DNA of 20,000 nucleotides from Perkinsus olseni (Eukaryota): NCBI GenBank assembly GCA_013115125.1, contig JABANN010000102.1, positions 52,278 to 72,277 of the forward strand, read 5' to 3'. Shown piece by piece: positions 17,193 to 20,000 of this stretch (position 1 is its first letter; each line of letters starts with the position of its first letter). The notes under the pieces were generated by a model. It saw only the letters and a program-made list of their open reading frames with translations, ran no database searches and was not told where the DNA came from. The position numbers and the translations under genes were made by a program.

Positions 17193-20000
17193 ATGCCATC
17201 ATCGTTACGACCACCTCCTCATCTATGCTTACCAGTCGTACCATCTTTTTCGGAATCCCTATCAGAATCGCGTCTACCTCCACCTACCCCACCCCAATTG
17301 AGGAGAGCCTCGAGCCCTGCAGTGCCCGGCAGACCATCTGGTGAGTTCCCCAGTCCATGCAGCTCATCAATCGAGGCCGAGGATAACAAAGAACTCAATA
17401 TGGGAATCGTTAATACAGCCGATGGGAAATCTCTAATGGACGGCGGCCTGCTGGTTGCTTTCCCGTGTTGCGCGTTATTATTATTATTCCGCTGTGGTTA
17501 GAGGGAGGTGCACAGTTGGCGTATCACTTGCAGATGCTGATAGTCGAACCTCTTCGTCTCGGCGTAACTCTGGTGGGGCCAGACCTGGTGGAGGGAGTGC
17601 TCGAGGAGGAGGATCGGTAGGTGGCTGCTGCGGCTGCCGAGATAATCTTGGGATAGTCGTCCTCAGTCGGCCCACCCAACAGACGTGCAAAGCCGCAATT
17701 TGTCCATCTTCCCGAGTCGTCGAAGAGGATCGCCTTCTGTCAGTAAGCCCGCCCAGCTTAGTTGCTGCCTACAGTGGTCGTCGGCGCCCCTCAGGAAGAA
17801 GTGGTGATGACATCCTCGAGAGAGTGTTGAAGCGAAGGGCTCGATCAATGCGTACCGAACTGCAGGTTATCTGTTGGGATATTTTTAGCGCCAACAATAC
17901 CGTGGACGACCTACTCGAGTTATGTTACCAAGGAGACCTTGAAAAGATACACTACCTCCTAGTCGACAGGATGCGGCGTGTGGTGAGTACCACTCCTCCA
18001 CCAATTCATAGCAAAACATCCCCCCCCCTGCAGATGGAAGAAGTGCGGCTTCACGATAGCCGCATTCTAAGGCGTCAAAGCAGCACTGGGGATCTCGGAA
18101 ATGAGGAGGTGGGCAGCACGCCGATTGGCCAGGCCTCACGACTGCCTCTATCAGGACGACTCCGACTCGTCCGAGAGTTCTGAGAGTTCTGAGAGGGCGG
18201 ACTCTGAGGGAAGTCCCTCACCGACGGTTCATCATCATCAGAGCTTCCGCCCAATCTGCCTGGATGAGCAGCTCTTCGAAAATACATTGACGGATTTCCT
18301 GGCGGTCCTATGGTGAGCAGCTGCCGCCCGACGACCGGCCGACAGGAAGTGGGAATTATCGAGGTACACATGCTTGCCGGTTGCGGAGGGGAACTCGGCG
18401 GATGTCGCGGTGGCGGAGGCCGGTAACGCCACCACAGCGTTGCTGGATGAAGCGCTCGCGGCGAGAGGGGGCGAAGTGAACGGTAGGTGATGATATGCTT
18501 GCTGATGATGGATGGTGATGAACAGGCCCGACTGAGGTGGTCCAAGTGGCGGCGATGCAGGTGAGGCGGTTGGAAGAGTATTGAGACCATCACTGGTGGT
18601 CAGGAGGGCCAAGCGAGGTCCCCAAGTCGTAGTAGACTGCCTGCGATGGGCAACATCAAACAGAAGTGCCGGAGAATTATTCAGGAGTCGATACACACCA
18701 GACGACGACGGTAAGACGACTTGGAGATGATAGGGAAATGAAAGATAGCAAGATAGACTAGGCCTCTGGTGATGATGTTGATATTCAGTGGTATCATCAA
18801 GAGCAAGGGCTGGTATGCTAAGATCAAACGTTTTCTCCCGTGGAGGGTTCGCTTCCTCCTGGGCGGAGAAGTGGTCGGATCAGCCGAGCGGTGGAGTCAA
18901 GTGGGTCGTCGTCGTCTTCATCACCACCTCGCCGACGTCTCAGGACTGCCCTTCCTAGATTCAATACACCACCCTCGAGTTTAATTCGCTGTGGGATACC
19001 TTCGGTCAGCCAACTCACTGGTTCACCCTCGAGTTCACCGATGACGCTGCCCTCGAGAAAGGCTTTCAGGTGGGTCGCCCTCACGCTGGTAGTATCAGCA
19101 GCAGCCTTCCTCAGGTTGACTTTGCCATTCGAGCTCGGAAGTACCCGTATTGGTATTGCTTCTTGGCGGTGGCCTGTATGCTGCTTTACGTCTGGCTTCG
19201 TTTTGAGCTCAATAACAGCAACAACCACAGCATCACCTTCGTCCGACAATTCATGTCTGAACCGGCGGTCCTCCTCATCTTCGCCGCCTTGATCAAGTTG
19301 GTGGTAAGTAAGACGCTCTACGTCTCTCGTCAGCTGCATCGCTCCGCTCCTTTCAGATGGAAGTTGTATTCTTCGAGACGTCTCTGTGGTTCCTAGAGAA
19401 CTACTATCTCATCTACCTCATCTTCGGTGCCTTCTGCGGTACAGCTGTTATGCTCTGGATGTACATTGCCCCTCTAGTGAGCCAACCGCCAACACCTCCG
19501 CCACTCAGAGAGTCTCCCCAGGTACTCAATTATTATACGTGGGAGATTGATGAGTCTTTGACCTTCGCCGTTATCATAGTTTCTCTTGCGGGCCTCTTCA
19601 AGCTTCGGTAAAACTTCTGTTGTGCTCCCTTGTCCCATCTTCCAATCCGCAGGTTCCTCCATGTGGTGGTCTTGGCCGTCTACTTTTTTGTTTGCGTATT
19701 GTCCCTGCGGTGGATAGCAGTGGACACGCCAGCGCTAACAAATCGCCTCTTCGAGCAAGCTGCCCCAGACGTGCTCTTCTATTTCGGTTCGGTGGCCTTA
19801 ATCGCCACGATACAGTACATGTATGAAGCGTTATGTCGTAAGGACTACGTCCTCTCCTTGACTCTTGCCACCGAGTCGGACCGGTCGGAGCGGCTACTCT
19901 CCAACGTTCTGCCGGGTTCGATCATCCAACAGTTGAAGGAAAACCAAGATGACCAAATTAGACAGGAGGCCGAGCTTGCCCGACGAGGCTCAGACCAGGG
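17193..20000 (+). CDS. Membrane-bound class III nucleotide cyclase (adenylate/guanylate cyclase-like), 3' end outside the window
   Basis: A low-complexity N-terminus is followed by WFTLEFTDDAALEKGF and several hydrophobic segments (about 19140-19820). Then comes SDRSERLLSNVLPGSIIQQLK (about 19875-19938), the helix that typically precedes a class III cyclase catalytic domain. The catalytic domain itself is not in the window and the start codon is tentative. Confidence 0.75.

Noticed and set aside
1-20000. CRISPR array, transposase/reverse transcriptase or prokaryotic defence system
   Set aside because: No regularly spaced repeat-spacer array or such protein motifs were seen, and the window is eukaryotic.

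Overview
Gene-dense, intron-rich eukaryotic DNA. Short GT-AG introns (many 40-60 nt), flagellar genes and tight gene spacing suggest a flagellated protist, possibly a Perkinsus-like alveolate (inference only). Manual splicing gives six gene units: the 3' part of an IQCA1/DRC11-like AAA protein (+), a bromodomain+ET protein (-), DRC1 (-), a poorly resolved WD40/LGL-like gene (+), a tomosyn/STXBP5-like gene (+) and the 5' part of a membrane adenylate/guanylate cyclase (+). The most unusual signal is non-coding. A small set of recurring elements appears in introns of unrelated genes: GTATCTTAGGTTGAAG, AATTTCGYGGCGCG, tRNA T-arm/B-box fragments and 10-bp-phased A/T tracts. Two of them also occur almost identically inside the long coding exon of the tomosyn-like gene. 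All gene models were built by eye, and family calls rest on remembered motifs, not database searches.
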